Source of the DNA: Neocallimastix sp. 'constans'
Taxonomy: Eukaryota
NCBI GenBank assembly: GCA_050613775.1
Contig: JBODTK010000010.1
Location: 496,001 to 560,000 of the forward strand
Length of the DNA: 64,000 nucleotides
Reading direction: 5' to 3'
The position numbers were made by a program, and so were the translations under genes. The notes under the pieces were generated by a model that did no database searches, was not told where the DNA came from, and saw only the letters and a list, made by a program, of their open reading frames with translations. Positions 61,901 to 64,000 of the stretch are shown here, piece by piece. The stretch's first letter is position 1; each line of letters opens with the position of its first letter.

Positions 61901-62891
61901 TTAATTCTATTAATTTATAAATTAATATAGAGTAAATTAAATATAAAAAAATTTTTTTATTTATATTTTTGAAAAAGTCAACAAAAAACCCAGTATTGAA
62001 CATATCCATTATAGATTATCTTCCTATGGATATTAAAATTTATTATTAATTTATTTAATACAAAGTAATTTACAAAAATAAAATAAAATAAAATAAAATA
62101 ACATAAAATAAAATAAAATAAAATTAAATTAAATAAGAATAAGAAATATAAATAATAATAAATATTAAATTCAAATAAAAATTTTGGAATAAACAAAAAT
62201 TTACATGGAAACAATTTAAGATATCATAATCATATATATATTATTTTTAAGCTATTAGGTTTCATTAAGCATTTTTTTTTTTTTTTTAACATTTTCTAAT
62301 TTAATTAAAATAAATTTATAAAAAAAATTATATATTTCAATAAAAAGAAAAGAAAAGAAAAAAAAATTATTATTGAAAAAAAGATAATTTCTTTAAAATT
62401 TTTAATTTATTTTTTATCTTTTTTTCCATAATATACATCTTATAAATAAGTATATATATTGTTTTGTTTTGTTTTTTATTTATATATATATATTTAAAGT
62501 TTTATTAATGGAAATGACATTAATTATTTTTTTTTTCTATATAAAATAATATTTAATATTATGTATTTTAATTAATCCTAATATAATTAAATATTTAATT
62601 CAATACAAAGAATGTATATTCTTAGGATTATCTTATTAATTTACATATTCTATCAAATTTATTATTTAAAAAAAAAAAATTATATATATATATATATAAG
62701 CATTATAATATTTTAATATAAATAATTTATATAACTTTATTATTATATAAAGTATAATAATATATATTTTAAATATTTAATTTTAATTTTTAATATAAAG
62801 TATATATTATTTCAATAGTTGTATACAAATTTATTAGATTTCAATTCTATTGAAAAAGGTAAAAATAAAAAATTTTAATTCAAAATAAAAA

Positions 62892-62962
62892 TGCGTTAAC
62901 CGGGAATCGAACCCGGGCCATTTGCTTGGAAGGCAAATATTCTACCTCTATACTATTAACGC
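62892..62962 (-). tRNA. tRNA-Gly(TCC): tRNA-Gly (anticodon TCC), intronless
   Basis: GCGTTAA/TTAACGC acceptor stem, anticodon arm TTTGC-CTTCCAA-GCAAA, T arm CCGGG-TTCGATT-CCCGG, and downstream T runs. Confidence 0.97.
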
Positions 62963-62976
62963 CACCTCAATTTTTG

Positions 62977-63745
62977 TGTTACGAGACAATAAAAAAAAAA
63001 TGAATAATAATTAAATATTCAATTATATTGTTGAAATTATAACTGAATTGAAATCTCAATTTCAGTTATTTACATTTCAATAATTAAAAATATTATTTAT
63101 TTAATTATAAATAATATATATATTTAATATATATATTTAAATAATTAATAATTAATATAAATTCTTGTTTAATATTTAAAGGGTTATCTTAGGCCTAATA
63201 ATCCTGAGAATATTAATAAATAAGGTTTATATTAATAATTAATTTCAATGATACATTTGACGTCACGTGTATTTTATTTATATTATGTTTTTATATATGT
63301 TTACAACATATCTATATTAAATTCAATTATTCAAATTAATTATATAATTAAATTTATCCTTATATTTTATTATTATTTATATTATTATTATCTTATAATT
63401 AAATATTATTATTATGTAACTTACAAAGTATAAAAGAAAGATGTAAAAATCTATCTTTTATGTTCTTTGTAAGGTTATTGTAAAATTACCTTAATAGTAA
63501 TATATTATAGATATTTTATTATTAAATAAAATCAATAAATTTAAAATCAAATTAATTTGATAATTCTAATTATCAAAGTTTATTATAAATAAATTTTTAT
63601 TAAACTAAACATTTAAATATTTATTATTATTATTATATATCTATATAGTATATTACTATATAGACATATCGACTTAGTGAATATTTTTATTAAAACATAT
63701 TATTTTATTTAAATTTAAATTATAAATTATATCAAAATCTTAACA
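62977..63745 (+). mobile_element. Putative 5' LTR of a Ty3/gypsy (Tf1/sushi-like) retrotransposon
   Basis: Starts TGTTA and ends TAACA; TATAAAAG at 63429; followed immediately by a self-complementary PBS and an ORF. The second LTR and pol lie outside the window. Confidence 0.65.
63258..63269. promoter_or_regulatory. Overlapping CRE (TGACGTCA) and E-box (CACGTG) in the putative U3
   Basis: TGACGTCACGTG in an otherwise GC-poor background. Confidence 0.45.
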
Positions 63746-63755
63746 ATAACCTTAC
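63746..63755 (+). other. Putative self-priming primer-binding site ATAACCTTAC
   Basis: 63743-63755 (ACAATAACCTTAC) is the exact reverse complement of 63469-63481 (GTAAGGTTATTGT), which starts 40 bp after the start of the TATA box. Confidence 0.65.
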
Positions 63756-63779
63756 CCTAGTTTTAGTTACTACCTTGAT

Positions 63780-64000
63780 ATGTCTTACTATACGAACGTC
63801 TGGGCTAGTTCAATACCTGACATTGCCCCAATGTCAGAAGTTAATAAGTTAAGGTCTGACGCCCAAGTTACCGTATCAGAATTAGCTTCTTCTGTTAATG
63901 ATAGCTTTTTATTAAAAGAAGATTTTAATAAATATAATCAAGACTTACAGAAAAAACTCTATACACTTAATAGAGATAATAAAAATATTATTAATCAACT
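63780..64000 (+). CDS. 5' part of an ORF running off the window, probable retrotransposon Gag
   Basis: MSYYTNVWASSIPDIAPMSEVNKLRSDAQVTVSELASSVND... stays open to the window end. The Gag identity is inferred from position only. Confidence 0.55.
   Translation, partial: MSYYTNVWASSIPDIAPMSEVNKLRSDAQVTVSELASSVNDSFLLKEDFNKYNQDLQKKLYTLNRDNKNIINQ

Overview
Extremely AT-rich eukaryotic DNA with short GT-AG introns, inferred to come from an anaerobic gut fungus (Neocallimastigomycota) because of the CBM10-type fungal dockerins and the base composition. Host genes: an intronless cellulosomal xylanase with five tandem GH11 domains plus two dockerins; a 3-exon coiled-coil protein; LARP1 (La + DM15); PER1/PGAP3; a 6-exon trifunctional tRNA ligase TRL1; two Cys-rich type I membrane proteins; an orphan ORF; and tRNA-Gly(TCC). 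The intergenic space holds decayed Mutator-like transposases and MITEs, Ty1/copia remnants, 5'-truncated LINE-like ends, a CPD-less TRL1 duplicate and a PAQR pseudogene. The strongest lead is at the right edge: an apparent LTR retrotransposon starting 14 bp upstream of the tRNA gene (Ty3/DGLT-A-like Pol III targeting). It has no tRNA primer site and instead carries a PBS complementary to its own predicted transcript start (Tf1-like self-priming). Also notable are a nested palindrome with a GNA-triloop core and a four-layer transposon nest. All calls were made by eye, without database searches, so boundaries of degenerate elements are approximate.
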